From assembly GCA_036630325.1 (NCBI GenBank), contig CP142729.1:992001-1056000 (forward strand): 64,000 bases of DNA, read 5' to 3'. The stretch is from Vairimorpha necatrix. Taxonomy: Eukaryota. How positions within the stretch are numbered: position 1 is the stretch's first letter; each line of letters starts with the position of its first letter. Under the pieces are notes generated by a model. It was not told the origin of the DNA. It searched no databases and saw only the letters and a program-made list of their open reading frames with translations. Made by a program: the position numbers and the translations under genes. Positions 38,303-50,800 of the stretch are shown in pieces.

Positions 38303-41300
38303 TGTCGTAGCCGATCAAATACTGACCAATCATATTTTACAAATAAACAGATTTGATTGGTTACAAAAAGTATTTAAAAACATTTATGAAAGGGGGGATG
38401 GAAAATTCTAATAAAACGTTTGACATGGCGACAACGACAAACAATGTCGAATGCTTCACAGGAGAAGCAGGTGAGGATGTAAATGTCTGGCCGAGAGACA
38501 TAATGTTGGTAAGGGAAGTTTCTAAATGGACCATTGATCAATTCAAAGCGGCATTGGTGAGCAAGCTCGGATAAAGCATTATCTTGGGCTTCCCAGACAT
38601 TAGGCGGAAAAATGGAGACAGTCAGCTTAGAGGAGATACTTCACTTAATGAAGAAAAGATTTGGAATATATAAAAACAACGATATAACACTAAGCAGGTT
38701 CCTCTCAATAACGGTCCCAGAGACGAGAGAAGATTACTCGCAGATGCTACAGTAAGTTACTGTAATATATGAGAGATCTCTTATAAATTTTGACGCTTGG
38801 TGCCAAATGGTCATAATAAATCACCAATGGAGATAAAAGCGCTGCTATACCAGACAGCAACTACAGTCCAGACGTGGCAAGGATTCATACAAAAGGCCGA
38901 GGAGATGTCGTGGATTCCATATCCCGATAAGATGTTAGCTAGGACTAAACTACACGACAACGCGGGCAGAGGGCCCCACACTAATTTTTACAAAGAAAAA
39001 GGATTTAAAAGAAGCACAATCCACGAAAAACCACTGCGACATAATAATAAACGGTGCACACTCCACGGGGAATGTAATCATTCCACAAGAGACTACAAGA
39101 CGTTAACCATAATACTCAATAGAGAAAGAAACAACTTGAAGAGAAAAAATATAAATGCTGTGTAACAATACGAAAGTGACGAGAAAGACCATGATTATAA
39201 AGAAATTGAATTTTTTTTACATCATGTACAAAATAGTTTTAACCCGTTTTTTTGTGGAAAGCCGTCTCTACAATAAAAATACGAAAGTACTACTAGACAC
39301 TGGGGCCGATGTTTCAAAAATTACAATGATATTCCACAGGAAGAACGTAATAAAATTATTAGATATAATGGTGTAGTAAAGATATGGGAAAAGAAATATT
39401 AAAAATAGAAGGCTAACTAAAAGACTCTATAATCGAAATAATGGAAAAGGCGCGATCTTCTCCCCCTTAATAATCAAAGACAAAAAATGCTATAATAGGA
39501 GCAAATGTGATATGCGACAATAAAAATTTGATCTTAGATATTCTAAATGCACCAAAATATAGAATCAACCAAATGTCGAACTTCGCATGTGATTTAGAAG
39601 AGAATTAAATTTTGAAAGAGTATGAAGACGTCATTAAAACAGAAATTAGCGACTTTAACCTCTGCACTGCAGGTAGTCCTCGTATACAGACGAACAGTAC
39701 AAAGATAATTTGCCAAAGGAACGGAAGAATACCAGTATCACAAGAAGAGGCCGTAAATGAAGAAATCAACAAACTCCTAGAACTTGGAATTTTAAGGGAA
39801 AGCAGAAGTCCCTGGTGTAGCAGAATACTGATGGTACCGAAGTCTGACAAAACATGGAGAATGTGCGTAGACTATAGAGGTCTTAATAGCATAACAGTAA
39901 AGGACGCATACATGACACCTAGAATCGATGAGATTTTTGACAGTCTATCAACTGCAACTATTTTTACAATACTGTACGCGTCTAGTGGATTCATCAAATT
40001 CCTTTACAAGAAGAAGACAAGGGAAAGACAGCATTTTCTTATAGGGAAAAGTATACGAATTTAATCGTATGCCATTCGGACTATGTAACGCCCCAGCAAC
40101 ATTTAAAAGGGCAATGGACAATATATTCAGGAAAGAAAACCAAAATTTTGTGATGCCATACTTAGACGATATTAATATATATTAAAAAAACAAGGAAGAA
40201 TATAAGAAACATGTGATTATATTATTGGGGAAAATAAGAGCGAGAAATCTATCGCTTAATAAGAAAAAGTGTAAATTTTTAAGATTGGAAACAAAGATTT
40301 TGGAGAACGTCATTGGTAACGGCAAAATACAGGTAGACGAATTGCGCATAAAGAATATACAAGCGTACCCAATTCCTGCCACCATAAAGGAATTAAGGAG
40401 TTTTCTAGGAATGGCCAACTATTGACAGGGATTTTGTGAGAAAGAAGGCAGAAATTACGGGACCCTTGTATGATGTACTTAAGTGCGAAAACAGACATTT
40501 AGTAAAAAAATTAAACTTACTGACAAGCAACTGGATACGTTTAAACCCGTATAAAAAAGTACTAAGCCAAAATACAATACGTAACAGCCAAATTTTAAAG
40601 CTCCATTCATTCTGGTTACTGACGCATCTGAAACGGGAATAAGAGCAGTGCTGCTGCAAAAGAACAAAGGTGGAGCTGAAAAAATGATAGCCGCCTTTAG
40701 CAAAAGACTGGATAATTGTCAGAAGAATTATTCAGTTACCGACAAAGAACTTCTTGGCTTAGCTAAAGGAATAGAACATTTAGACATTACCTTTTAAGAA
40801 GCAAATTTACGCTAAGAACAGACCACAAAGCTTTAATCTATCCATGGACAGTGAAGGATTCAACTAGTAGGATTCTCAGATGGGCTCTCAAATTGGAATA
40901 CGACTTCGAATTGGAGTATATAGAAGGAGAGCATAAGATTGCTGATGGTTTTAGTAGAATTCACCAAGAATGTGAAACATGTAACATTGATTTACATCAG
41001 TTATAAAATAATAACAAACTACATACTAGAGGAGTATCATAAAATATCAGGGCATGGGACATCAAATACCATGAAATTTATGATTTCACAGGCACATAAA
41101 AGGAAAAGAATGCACCATGACATATCGAAATTCGTAAGCAATTGCAAAACACGTCTACGCCCGGGATATCAACGCGTGAAGACAAAGAACAAAGTAATAC
41201 TTTCAGAGAGACCCAATCAGCTGTGGGGATTTGAACTGCTTGGGAAACTTTCGGACAACAGTGTAAGCGGATACATATTTGTAGCGATCGATCACTACTC

Positions 41301-42135
41301 TAAATGAATAGAAACCAAGATCATACGAAGCAAAAACAGCTGTGAAATATATAAGGCGACCAAAGAATTAATCATTAGTAAGCATGAAATACCCGAAAGA
41401 ATCTTGACAGACAACGGCTTAAAGTTTAACAACAGCGTAGTACAAGCATTAGGTTCGAAGTATAATATAGTATGGGGATTTTGTTCGCCATACCATCACC
41501 AGACTACAGATTGGTAGAGGGGGTCATACAAACATTGACGAACAAAATTAGAAAATTAGCAAACTATGACGAAATTGGCTGGGGAAAAGTTGTCAAAGAA
41601 GCTACATTGGCAGTGCATTTATCGTTTAACCGATCAATAGGAACATTGCCGTACATTCTAAAAATGGTCAGCAAATAACAACAGCGATAGATGAGAGAAT
41701 AAATGTTACCCCTAAGACCTATACGAAGCAAGAACTTATACGGAAGAGGGACTTAAACTTTAAAAAATACAGCAAATAATCGTTAAAGGAAAAAAAGATA
41801 TAAAGCAAAAGTTTAAAATAGGAGAAGATATTTTAGTTTACAGAGATTACCCAGGAAGTGGAAAATTAGAAGCTAAATGGAAACCTGGTTATATTATTGT
41901 CAAAATTTTAAGTGAAGACGCATTTCTTGTCAAAAGGAAAAATTCAGCAGGCGAATTGAGAGTTAACATAAGTCATATTAAGAAGGACACGTCGAAGACT
42001 GATTGAGGGGGTGTCATAGCCGATCAAAAACTGACCAATTATATTCTTACAAATGGACGGATTTGATTGGCTACAAAAAGTATTTAAAAACATTTCCGAA
42101 AGAGGGTATGGAAAATTCTAATAAAACGTTTGACA
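38303..42135 (+). mobile_element. Ty3/gypsy element C, degenerate, ~123-bp LTRs
   Basis: LTRs 38303-38425 and 42012-42135 (TG..CA), PBS TGGCGACAACG, PPT GAGGGGG, and motifs LLDTGA, RMCVDYR, YLDD, TDAS, AIDHYSK. No matching TSD. Confidence 0.92.
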
Positions 42136-43321
42136 GTCTCTACAGACAAAATAACAAAAGTTCAATTAAAGATGAAAATATAGTTAGAAATTTGACAGCT
42201 CACTACAAGAAAAGAAGAAATCTAGGAAAAGTTCTTTAAAAGAGAATGAAAACAAGAGTCTAATAAAAGAGACTAAGCGCCCTAAGAAAGTGTCTACTCT
42301 GTCTTCTGAGTAAAATGTAGAGAAGAAGTCTAAGAATGATTCTAATAATTCCTTACATGATAAAGTTTTGTCTCTAAGTTCCAGTATAAATGATTTCTAT
42401 AAATTAGATCTGAAGTCGAATATTCTTAAAGTCTTGGATATTAAGCAGGAAAATGATTCTATAAAAATGCCTTCATTCAGTACACAGATAGAAGTGTCAA
42501 GGATTTATCATATGAGATCATCAAGAGAAAGGTGCCTTATAAATTATTTGAGTATTATGAGAATTTATACGATCCTATGCGAAGACCAATATCATATAAA
42601 TATCCTTATAGTGCAACCACTATACAGTTAGCTAAAGTGAGAGATTTCTGCCGAGAACGCTTATTTAATCCTGATAAGGTTGGATGTAAATTTACAAAAT
42701 TTCGAAGAATTGAAGCGGTTAGTAAGAAAGGATATTGGGCCAGGTTAAAGGGGAATAAACGTTGGAGCCACATTAAAAATCTAAAGTTCTAGGAGAGACA
42801 GACTGTGGCATTATGCACATGTTAAGAAAATCATTTTTTCTGATAAAAACTTTTAGTAGAAAAAATGAATTTTCTAGAATTTTATTTTTTCTAAATGTTT
42901 TTTTTAAAAAAGCAAGAGCTACAAGAAGAAAAGTCATCAGCAAAGCAATGACAGGTCACAAACAAACAAAAACCAATACAGGCCAAAAGAGCCTTTTGTC
43001 GAAACCCAGAGGAGCTACCTCTGAGCAAATACAATTCTATGATATTAATAATTTTATTATTGTTGTGGCTCGTTGGGCCATGAGTACGGGGCATTAAGTC
43101 TTCCCTAGCTTGGTTGCTCTTCCTTGACATTGGGTTACAAGGGTAATGGTAATTAGGATGGTTGTTGTTAAAGTGTGTTGTCATCCTTCGAAAAGTGGGG
43201 GTGAGAAATAAATTTAAATAAATATTCGATTTTTGGAATAGACCGGTCGAATGGTCTATTTTCCAAAAAGGGAAAATTGATAAAATAAAAATAAATAATT
43301 TGTGGTATTTATAATACCACA
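42136..43321 (+). mobile_element. 3' remnant of another gypsy element (integrase tail, PPT, putative ~518-bp LTR)
   Basis: SKKGYWARLKGNKRWSHIKNLKF* parallels the integrase end at 43533. AGGAGAGA PPT, then TGTGGCATT (42804)...AATACCACA (43321). Confidence 0.55.
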
Positions 43322-43532
43322 CCTTTAATAAACTTGTGGTATCCACCACTGAGGAAAGTATTTAGAAGATTTTTATTATTGATTTCATTCTTTCTTTCCA
43401 TCATTTCGTACCCCTCTCCGGATAAAATATTTAAATAAGTGTTGGAGGGAAAACTGAACGAATTTGGAGGGAAAGATTTTAAAAATATATTTTATGATAT
43501 TTGGTATATCATAATCTACCTCTCCTTAGATT

Positions 43533-44654
43533 TCAAAGTTTAGTATCACCTAGGTGAATCCACTCGTAGACTCCCTTAACTTTGACCCATCGGTTATTCC
43601 TGCTGACAAATTCTACTAGGTGTGGACCCGTAAATGCCTTCTCCCATTTTTTCCCATTAAAGTTCTTTACATACACCAGATCACCTATTTTAACTGCATT
43701 AATCTTTTTCTTAGACAAACTCTTTTTCTTTCTCCTATGTATCTTCTTAAAATGAGATCTGCCTTCAGGATCAAATTGATTAGTCCCTGCAACTAATTCT
43801 TCTGGTGCGCAACCTATTGATCTTCGATAGTTTTGGTTTAATCGGATTTCTATATTTTCCATTATATTTTCTAGGGGTTCCCTTTTATATAGCCTGATTA
43901 TTTCCGAAATAGTACTGTTTGTCCTCTCACAGATACCATTGCTCTGGGGATGATACTTCGGTACATGTACTAATTTTATGTTGTGTCTATAAGAGAAGTC
44001 TTTCACTAAGTTACTAGTGTACTGTGTTCCATTATCTGTAATTATTGTTTTGGGGTATGGGAATTCATTGATCCATTGTTCGAAACACTCTACCACCTTT
44101 TTATCTGTAATTTCTTTTAGTTTATACACCTTTGTATATCTAGTGTGGACATCAATAATCGTCATAATATACCATTTTTTATTCTTTATTTTTGTAGGAC
44201 CGTATATATCCGAACAAATTTTTTCAAAGGCTGTACTTGCGGTAATTTCCATTTTATTTTCAAATCTATGGTAGCTAAATTTTTTATTAAATTTACAATC
44301 CTGACAACTGTTTACTACGCTTCTGATAGTTTCCTTCATCTTATGGATGTAGTAGTAATTTTTTAAATTATTGTATAATACGAACATCCCCGCATGCTTA
44401 CTTTTTAAATGCATATTTTTAATGAACAATTCACTTTCACATGGCTTTATGTAAAGTTTACCGTTCTTCTTGGTTTCTGTAACATGAGGTATCTCTTTTA
44501 TTACTTTCTTTGCTTGATTTTCTGTATTCACTGCCACTTGTAATACTTCGTCTGGTGGTATTCGTGATAAATGGTCAGCAATTACATTTTTCTTTCCTTC
44601 GATGCCTTTTAATGTAAAGTTATATTCGTTAAGCATTAATTTCCATCTTATCAT
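43533..44654 (-). CDS. pol: Gypsy integrase (pol 3' part, separated by a 1-nt frameshift)
   Basis: HLKSKHAG..CQDC, SDIYGP, TDNGTQY and YHPQSNGICER. Confidence 0.9.
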   Translation of the reverse strand: MIRWKLMLNEYNFTLKGIEGKKNVIADHLSRIPPDEVLQVAVNTENQAKKVIKEIPHVTETKKNGKLYIKPCESELFIKNMHLKSKHAGMFVLYNNLKNYYYIHKMKETIRSVVNSCQDCKFNKKFSYHRFENKMEITASTAFEKICSDIYGPTKIKNKKWYIMTIIDVHTRYTKVYKLKEITDKKVVECFEQWINEFPYPKTIITDNGTQYTSNLVKDFSYRHNIKLVHVPKYHPQSNGICERTNSTISEIIRLYKREPLENIMENIEIRLNQNYRRSIGCAPEELVAGTNQFDPEGRSHFKKIHRRKKKSLSKKKINAVKIGDLVYVKNFNGKKWEKAFTGPHLVEFVSRNNRWVKVKGVYEWIHLGDTKL

Positions 44655-46354
44655 TCTGCTGTTATCATTTTAGTGTCGAACAAGCAATTTCTATTATCAC
44701 ACATTACTTTAACTTGGTATCCCATGATAATTCCTTTAAAAAATCTTAAGCTTTGTAAGATTGCGAACATTTCCTTTTCGACAATCGTATAGTTTACTTC
44801 AGTATTAGTAAATTTCTTGCTATAATGTCCTATGCATCCATGCTTTTGAAATAACACTGCACCCATGGCTTTGTCAGATGCGTCGGTCTGTAAACAGAAC
44901 TCTTCGTCATATTTCGGAGACACTAATTTTCCGTTTTCTTTAATTTCATTAATTAACTCCTTTATCTTTTGCTTTTCTTGCTCGTTTAATTCAATCTTTT
45001 GTTCAACTCCTTTTAATTTATCTGTTAACGTCATAACTTTAATACTGAAATTTGGCACAAATTCTCGATACCAATTTAATACTCCTAAAATTTTTTGCAA
45101 TTCACGACGTTTTGATATATTTAGTTTTGCTAATAATTTGTCAATACTTCTTAGATTTGGTCTAATTTCCTTTTCATTTATAATCAGTCCTAACATCTCC
45201 ACTTCTTTAACTGCAAATATGCTTTTTTCAAAGTTGATTTTTATTTCATAACTAGACAATCTATCTAGTACTTGGTTTAAAATCTCATTGTGTTCTTCTT
45301 TGGTTAGAGTGTATATTAGAATGTCGTCGATATATACTACTACGTTATGTATTTCGGCTAGAATTTTGTTTATGGTCCTTTGAAATAATTTGGGACCGGA
45401 TTTAATGCCAAATGGGATTCTTGTATACTTGTATACATTTCCTAAAATTTTAAAACTTGTAAGATTCATATTATTTTCTTCTATGGGTACTTGATTGAAT
45501 CCGTTTTTAAGATCAATTTTTGTAAAATACTTTGCTCCTTTGACCTCATTAATCATATCTTTAATTTTTGGTAATAAATCTATCTCGTCAACTATATTTT
45601 TATTCAATTCTCTATAATCTACCACTAACCGGATTTCGTGATTTTTCTTAGCAATTACAAAGGCCGGACTGCTGTACTTACTATCACTGTATTTAATGAT
45701 TTTTTCTCTCAAAAGTCTTTGTATCTCTCGTTTAGTTGCATCTAGGTATTTATGTGGAATCGTGTATTTCTTATTTGTTAGCCTTAAATCCTCTTTTGTT
45801 GTAGTTTCAAAACCAACTCTCTTAACTTTCATCTCTTTATATAACTCGTTGTTTTTTATGTATTGAAGTATTTTTTCTCTATTTTGAATGCTGACATTTT
45901 CCTCACTTATGGAAAAGCATTTCTGCAGTAACAAATCTTTATTTTCCTCATATGGTTGAGGTGATCCATCAATCATATTAATAATCTTTTGATTATGATT
46001 AATTGTTAGGGTTGCAAAGTTTAGAATTATTTGATTCTCACATAAAAATTCTACCCCTAAAATTATATCTGCTGATAATTCTTTTATAACGTGTAATCTT
46101 GTAAACTGTTTAATACTAAGGCTATTTATCGAAATATATTTTTCTATAATATCTTCTGACCTTTCCTGATAGCCGTTTCCGAAAACAAAACTCACTGTTC
46201 TATTCTTTTTGGCTATAAGTCCTAACTTTTCTACCTTCTCTGCACTTATCAAATTTTTAGTGCATCCTGTATCTAAAATGGCGATTACAGTGTGACCATT
46301 AATTGAAACTGGAAGTTTTACTGTTAAATATTCAGACTTTTCTTTTAAAACCAC
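44651..46354 (-). CDS. pol: Gypsy protease-RT-RNase H
   Basis: ILDTG, RLVVDYR, VYIDDIL and QTDASD. Confidence 0.92.
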   Translation of the reverse strand: MVLKEKSEYLTVKLPVSINGHTVIAILDTGCTKNLISAEKVEKLGLIAKKNRTVSFVFGNGYQERSEDIIEKYISINSLSIKQFTRLHVIKELSADIILGVEFLCENQIILNFATLTINHNQKIINMIDGSPQPYEENKDLLLQKCFSISEENVSIQNREKILQYIKNNELYKEMKVKRVGFETTTKEDLRLTNKKYTIPHKYLDATKREIQRLLREKIIKYSDSKYSSPAFVIAKKNHEIRLVVDYRELNKNIVDEIDLLPKIKDMINEVKGAKYFTKIDLKNGFNQVPIEENNMNLTSFKILGNVYKYTRIPFGIKSGPKLFQRTINKILAEIHNVVVYIDDILIYTLTKEEHNEILNQVLDRLSSYEIKINFEKSIFAVKEVEMLGLIINEKEIRPNLRSIDKLLAKLNISKRRELQKILGVLNWYREFVPNFSIKVMTLTDKLKGVEQKIELNEQEKQKIKELINEIKENGKLVSPKYDEEFCLQTDASDKAMGAVLFQKHGCIGHYSKKFTNTEVNYTIVEKEMFAILQSLRFFKGIIMGYQVKVMCDNRNCLFDTKMITAE

Positions 46355-46369
46355 CTTACAGTGAGAAAA

Positions 46370-47238
46370 CTAAAGATCTTTATTAGTTTTTAATTCATCC
46401 GTTTTGATCTTACTATTTTTATTCTCAATTCTTTTATTTTTACTGTAACACTCACTGGTGTTATGAGTTCTTGATTTGTGTAAGCTACACCATCGATTCA
46501 TCTCATTTCTCAGTCTTGGTTCATTGACCTCGGCTTGAGAATTCTTAGTTAGCTCTAAGTCATTCCGAATTCTGACTACTAATCTTTCTCCAGGTTTATC
46601 AATAAGTATATAATGTCTTTAACACTCTTGGTATTAGATTTCATGACATAATCTTTGGTAGCGTCAGATAAAGCGTTCAAACAAATTTCATTAAACCTAC
46701 GCTCATACTCACTCTTGGTATATTTTTCTAAAAAGGATGCCACTTCAAGTTTGGCATCGATATCGGCAAACATATCCTCTATTAAATCATAATTTTCTTG
46801 TTTAATATCTAGCAATCTAACTCCTAAATTTGAGAATAAGTGATGCGGATATGAAATATTTAGTATTTCCTCCTTAAATTTTAAATAATTTTTAGAATTA
46901 TCTTTTCCTTTCCATTCTTCACTTTCGATCAAACTTTGTAAAACTAGAAGAGTCTCTTCCTCGTCCCATTCCAATTTATTTTTTAGTTCTTCGAATTTTC
47001 GAAACCATGCTAACATATTGGTTTTCTCGATATTAGTTATAATCTCTAATTGCTTAATTATAGGCTGCTTTAGGCCTTTGACATTGATCTCAAAGCTGAT
47101 CATGTTCCCTTGGTTTTTAATTTCTATCCTTTTATTAAGTTTAGGATACATCTCTGTTAAATTTAACTTGTGGTATCCACCACTGAGGAAAGTATTTAGA
47201 AGATTTTTATTATTGATTTCATTCTTTCTTTCCATCAT
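46370..47238 (-). CDS. gag: Gag (one frameshift near 46585; CSLHKSRTHNTSEC knuckle; ends at a TAG in frame with pol)
   Basis: ORF 46579..47238 plus a shifted continuation to the TAG at 46372-46370. Confidence 0.75.
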
Positions 47239-47878
47239 TTCGTATCCCTCTCCGGATAAAATATTTAAATAAATGTTGGAGGGAAAACTGAACGAATTTA
47301 AAGGGAAAGATTTTAAAAATATATTTTATGATATTTGGTATATCACAAAACAATTATTTAGAAATGTATTTTAAACTGGGTAAAGTCTTCAGTAATAACG
47401 TCAGCTATTACGAAAAAAAAATACTTTTGATATTAATGAGTCATAAACAATTTTATATGTTCAATAATTTCGTGTAATTTTTTTTCTAAAACTATTACTA
47501 AATGAGCACATTATGCGATAATAAAAATCTAAACGATCTTAAGAATTTATGGGGTTTCATGGACTAAAAAAAGACTATTTAAAAAATATATTCGTTTTGA
47601 ATGAAGAATTAAAAAATCGTAGTAAAAAACCAAAGAAAAAAAAATCAGAAACGTATAAAGAGATTGTGATTTAAAGCATTGCCAATTGCTAATGTGTGAA
47701 ATAATTGTCCCTATTAAAAAATTCGTCTCATCCCTTTAAAAAAGTTATTAAATAGACATTTAAGTCTAATATCAGCATTAGTGTAAAAAAAAGGGGTCAA
47801 AATTTTAAATAAATTGTCCCTTTTCTAAAAAAAAGAAAGAATGAGAAAACTTCAAAAAAAAAACTAACTTGTATTAAA

Positions 47879-50800
47879 AGTTATATTCTATAATATGATT
47901 GACCCCAATTTATGATAAATAAAGACATGGCGAATACAAGAAACAAAAAGTCGGCGCGTGAGGACTGTGGTCAGGTGATCAGAACGATACGGAATGAGTT
48001 TAGTATTATTATGTATGGATTGAGATTGAGAGAACAGTAAGGGATTGAATTGAAAGATATTTATAGTTTGGGTTCAGAGGATTTGAGAAATTTTATGGTA
48101 GAATATGTGAGGAAGGAGGACGGAATTGAGAAAATGGAGAAAATTTTAGAAGAGATGTATAGAGTAGAGGAAGAGCAGAGAGGAGAGAAAGAGATGTTAT
48201 AGGAGATGACGGAGAGAATCGTCAGAGAGGTAAGAGGAGAGATTGAACAGCAGAGGCGTTAGGCTGTGAGAAGAAGAGTTATAAGATTTTATGAGTGTCA
48301 GAGAATGGGACATAAGAGTGATAGATGTTATTACAAATATAAAGGAAAATAAAATAAAAAGGAGTGCAATGCAGTCTACGAAGATGATAGTAGTGTTAGT
48401 GAGCGGAGTGGATATAGGACGACAGCAGCCGCGGAGAGGCAAAAGAAGCCTACAAGTAGAGAACTTCCAAAAAGAAAAAATGAAGTTGAGGCAGCTGGAA
48501 GCGTTTTAGTACTTGAAGAACTGAAGTAAAAATATAGGAAAATGTTTAGTTCGGGAGACGAGGTTATAGAATATTGTACGATTGAAAATGTAAGATAAAA
48601 ACACAAGAGGGCGCTAAAGTAGTGAAGAAAGGACAGTGCATACCTCAAGCATTAATGGAGGATACTGAAAATTTTATTAAAGGACTGGAAATGAGGAAGG
48701 TAATAAGAAGATCGAATTCGGAATGGAGAAATCCAATAAGAGCGTTACAGAAAGCCAGATGGCGGAATAAGGCTAGTGAGTAATCTGATGGCCTTGAATG
48801 ATTTGGTTGAAAAGGATCCTTATTAGTTAATTAATATAAGAAACATAATTAGGAATACACAGGGTTCAAAATATTTTACGATAATTGACTTTGAGGAAGG
48901 ATTTTATAATATTGAGATCGACGAGGCAGATAAACATAAAACTGCATTTGAATTTAACAGAAGGGTTTTTGAATGGAATAGTATGGTTATGGGATACAAG
49001 AACTCCCCGCAGATTTTACAAAGAATAATGTATAAATTGTTTGAGAGACACTTGGGGAAAGGAATAGAAGTGTATATGGATGATATTGTTATACATGCAG
49101 CGACGAGAGAGGAGCACGATATATTGTTAGGAGAAGCACTTAGGAAGTTGGAAGATAATAAGATGATGATTAATATTAATAAGGTACAGTTATGCTTGAA
49201 GAAGGTAAAGCTATTGGGGGTTACACTGAATGGTTTAGAAATAACACCGTCTGAAAATAAACAAAACGAAACGTTAGAATTCCCAAAGCATAAAACGTGT
49301 CAGAAGTAAGGAGATTCTTAGGATTAACAGGATGGTTTAGAAGCTTTATAAAAAATTATGCGGATTTAACGGTACATTTGACCGACAGTTTGAAGGGTAA
49401 AAACGAATGGAATGAACACAAAATATGAAAGATGAATTTGTTAAGTTGAAAAGAAAGGTTAAGACTTTGGGAAAGTTGAAGATAATAAATTATGAAAAGG
49501 AGTTTTTATTTAGAACAGATGCGTCAAACATAGGAATCGGCGCGATAGTAATGCAAAAGAATGCCGAAGAGGAGTGGGTCCGGTACAGTGGGCTTCGAAA
49601 AAGTTTACTCCCACGGAATCAAGATACGGAATAAGCGAGAAAAAGATGTATGCGGTCTACTGGGGAATCAAAAAGTTCGAATATGAAATAAGAGGTCACA
49701 AATAAAAAGTTGAAACAGACCATAAAGATTTGATAGAAAACAGGAGAAAGCCACAATTCGAAAATAATAGGATTATAGGCGGATAGAGAAAGATTCAAGA
49801 GTTCGATGTTACAATTGAGTACATGAAGCCAGATATAATGGTAGTGGCCGATGCGTTAAGTAGAGCGCCTGTTGAAGAGACTGAGAAAGAGGAAATGATC
49901 AAGAAAGGAACAGTGAAATAAATCGAAGGAAAAGAGAAGAAACATACAGTATATGAAGATGGAAAGGAATACTGGGTCTTTGATAGTGGTATAAGAGCAA
50001 AGATACCAAAGGAGGAAAATAGGGCAAAGTTAATAATGAAATATCACGAAAATGGAGGTCATCGTAGTGTTGAAAGTGTTTATTATGCGATGAAGAAGCT
50101 TTACTATTGGTTAGAGATTAAGTCAGAGATTTATAATGAGTTATTGAAGTGTGAAAGATATCAAATTTATAATAGGAAGATGTCGGGCGGATGTGATTTT
50201 ATTAGTACCAGTAGATATTTAGAGAAAGTAGATTTGATTTGATTGAATTTCGCGACGAATGTAGGTACGTTTTGATTGGTGTTGATTACCATACTAGACT
50301 AATTTTGGGAATGAGCATGAAGGAAAAAAAGGCTCAGAATGTTGCTTGGTTTATAGAAAGTTTATGTAGGAACGGAAACCGACCAGAGGAAATAATAACC
50401 GATAATTTCAAGGAATTTGTTAACGAGGATCTTAGGATATTATGTAGAAGATTAGATAATGCATGCAGACAGATAAGCATAGAAAGCCACCATAGTAATG
50501 GACGTGTAGAGAGAGTAAAGGAACATTGAGAGAAGCTATTTTGAAAATGAAAGGCGATGATTTTGACGATAAATTTATGAGAGCGATTGATATGTACAAT
50601 AATAGTTACCACAGTGGGATAGATTGTACACCGAAAGAGGCGGTTTTGGATATTAGTGGAAAAGATATGATAGAAAATGGTCCTGAAGGAAGATACAGTA
50701 AGAAGTTTGTTAAAAAGAAGAGAGAAAAGTTTTACAGGAATCAGCAAGTACGAGTAGCGAAAAAAGAAAATTTGAAGGGATGTACTGAATATGAAAAAGG

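Larger units (their letters stand above)
43335..47347 (-). mobile_element. Ty3/gypsy element E, young, 179-bp LTRs
   Basis: LTRs 47169-47347 and 43335-43513 differ at ~5 positions. PPT AAGGAGAGG. Flanks AAAC(T)/AAAC(A). Confidence 0.95.

Noticed and set aside
46370-46415. Intron-like GTAAG...CTAAT...TTTAG removing the gag stop
   Set aside because: All candidate donors are phase 1, so splicing would put pol out of frame.
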